From a bacterium (GTDB taxonomy: Bacteria; Electryoneota; Electryoneia; Electryoneales; Electryoneaceae): 64,000 bases of DNA. Made by a program: the position numbers and the translations under genes. The notes beneath the pieces are model-generated. The model was given only the letters and a program-made list of their open reading frames with translations, had not been told where the DNA came from and made no database searches. The stretch spans positions 832,001 to 896,000 of the forward strand of contig OY769902.1 of the NCBI GenBank assembly GCA_963669175.1. Direction: 5' to 3'. Shown in pieces: positions 62,896 through 64,000 of the stretch (positions are counted from its first letter, which is position 1; each line of letters starts with the position of its first letter).

Positions 62896-64000
62896 ATGTC
62901 TACATTCAGCGAACAAGATCACAGCATGATGCGTCGGGCGTTACGGTTGGCCAGGCGTGGACGTAGCTGGGTTGCGCCGAACCCGATGGTCGGAGCGGTG
63001 GTGGTGCGTGATGGTGAAATTGTGGGCGAGGGGTATCACCAGCGGTTCGGCGGTCCTCACGCCGAAGTGCATGCCTTGGAAAATGCCGGGGAGCGGGCGA
63101 AAGGCGCTGACTTGTATGTCACCCTGGAGCCTTGCTGCCATTTCGGGAAGACGCCACCATGCTCCAACCTGGTGATTGAAAAAGGGATCAAACGTGTTTT
63201 CGCGGCCATTGTGGACCCGAATCCATTGGTCAACGGTCGCGGATTGGAGCAGCTACGTAGCGCCGGGCTGGAGGTTCATGTCGGTCTGGAAACGGAGCAG
63301 GCGCGTGCCCTGAACGAATTTTACCTGAAGAAAGCCGCCACCGGGAAGCCGTGGGTCACTCTGAAGCTGGCCCAGACATTGGATGGCCGCATCGCCACAC
63401 GTACCGGGCACAGTCAGTGGATCACCGGTCCGAAAGCGCGTCAGATGGGCCATGCGCTGCGTGCCATGCACGACGCTATCCTGGTCGGCGCCGGGACAGT
63501 GCATGCGGACGATCCCACGCTCAATGTTCGTCACGTTCGCGGACGTAATCCCATCCGTATCGTCCTGGACACCAAGTGCGGCTTGCAGGAAAACTGCACC
63601 CTGTTGAACTCACCGGACATCGCCCCTACCTGGATTATCGCGTCAGACAGATGCAAGAATCTTCCCGACTGGGACACTCGTGATCACGTCAGCATCCTGC
63701 GTGTGCCGGAAGATGACGAGGGCACGATTGACCTGCATGAGCTGATGAGTATCCTGGGGCGGCGTGGGGTGAGTTCCATCCTGGTCGAAGGGGGACGTCA
63801 CATCTGGACACGATTCCTCGAAGAAGGCCTGGTAGACAAAATCGAAGCCTTTATTGCGCCGATGATCATGGGCGAAGGACTGGAAGCGATTGGCGATCTG
63901 GGCGTATTGAAGATTCCGGATGCTGTGAAACTGGATGATTTCCGCTGGCGCAGGGTTGGAACGGATTTACATGTGGTGGCCAAGGTTCACCCGCATTGGA
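62896..64000 (+). CDS. ribD: Riboflavin biosynthesis deaminase/reductase (runs off the window end)
   Basis: Manual translation gives PNPMVGAV, PHAEVHAL, TLEPCCHFGKTPPC, TLDGRIAT, LVEGG. Confidence 0.95.
   Translation, partial: MSTFSEQDHSMMRRALRLARRGRSWVAPNPMVGAVVVRDGEIVGEGYHQRFGGPHAEVHALENAGERAKGADLYVTLEPCCHFGKTPPCSNLVIEKGIKRVFAAIVDPNPLVNGRGLEQLRSAGLEVHVGLETEQARALNEFYLKKAATGKPWVTLKLAQTLDGRIATRTGHSQWITGPKARQMGHALRAMHDAILVGAGTVHADDPTLNVRHVRGRNPIRIVLDTKCGLQENCTLLNSPDIAPTWIIASDRCKNLPDWDTRDHVSILRVPEDDEGTIDLHELMSILGRRGVSSILVEGGRHIWTRFLEEGLVDKIEAFIAPMIMGEGLEAIGDLGVLKIPDAVKLDDFRWRRVGTDLHVVAKVHPHW

Overview
Chromosomal window from a probable FCB-superphylum bacterium. This is inferred from two proteins with T9SS-type C-terminal sorting domains and a PorV-like barrel. 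Main content: (1) a putative sigma54-driven operon GNAT-cysC-Cache kinase-double REC-DASS/SLC13 transporter-REC/CBS, facing a TtrS-like sensor kinase plus NtrC-family activator; (2) a paralogous module at 56.4-61.5 kb whose DASS transporter is fused to a receiver domain; (3) two apparently identical 1370-bp IS110-family (IS1111-type) elements, both inserted at the same AG core inside the terminal inverted repeat of a MITE, with two empty target sites in the window, a circle-junction promoter and a 3' non-coding region with guide-like matches to both target and donor (candidate bridge/seek RNA); (4) a type I restriction-modification locus next to a 7.3-kb capsid-less integrase/AlpA/primase-helicase element integrated in tRNA-Glu(CUC); (5) at least five MITE families, including a three-layer nest with IS50/Tn5-like ends; (6) envelope, sensory and housekeeping genes, ending with an FMN riboswitch and ribD. 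All calls come from reading motifs by eye. No searches or folding programs were run.
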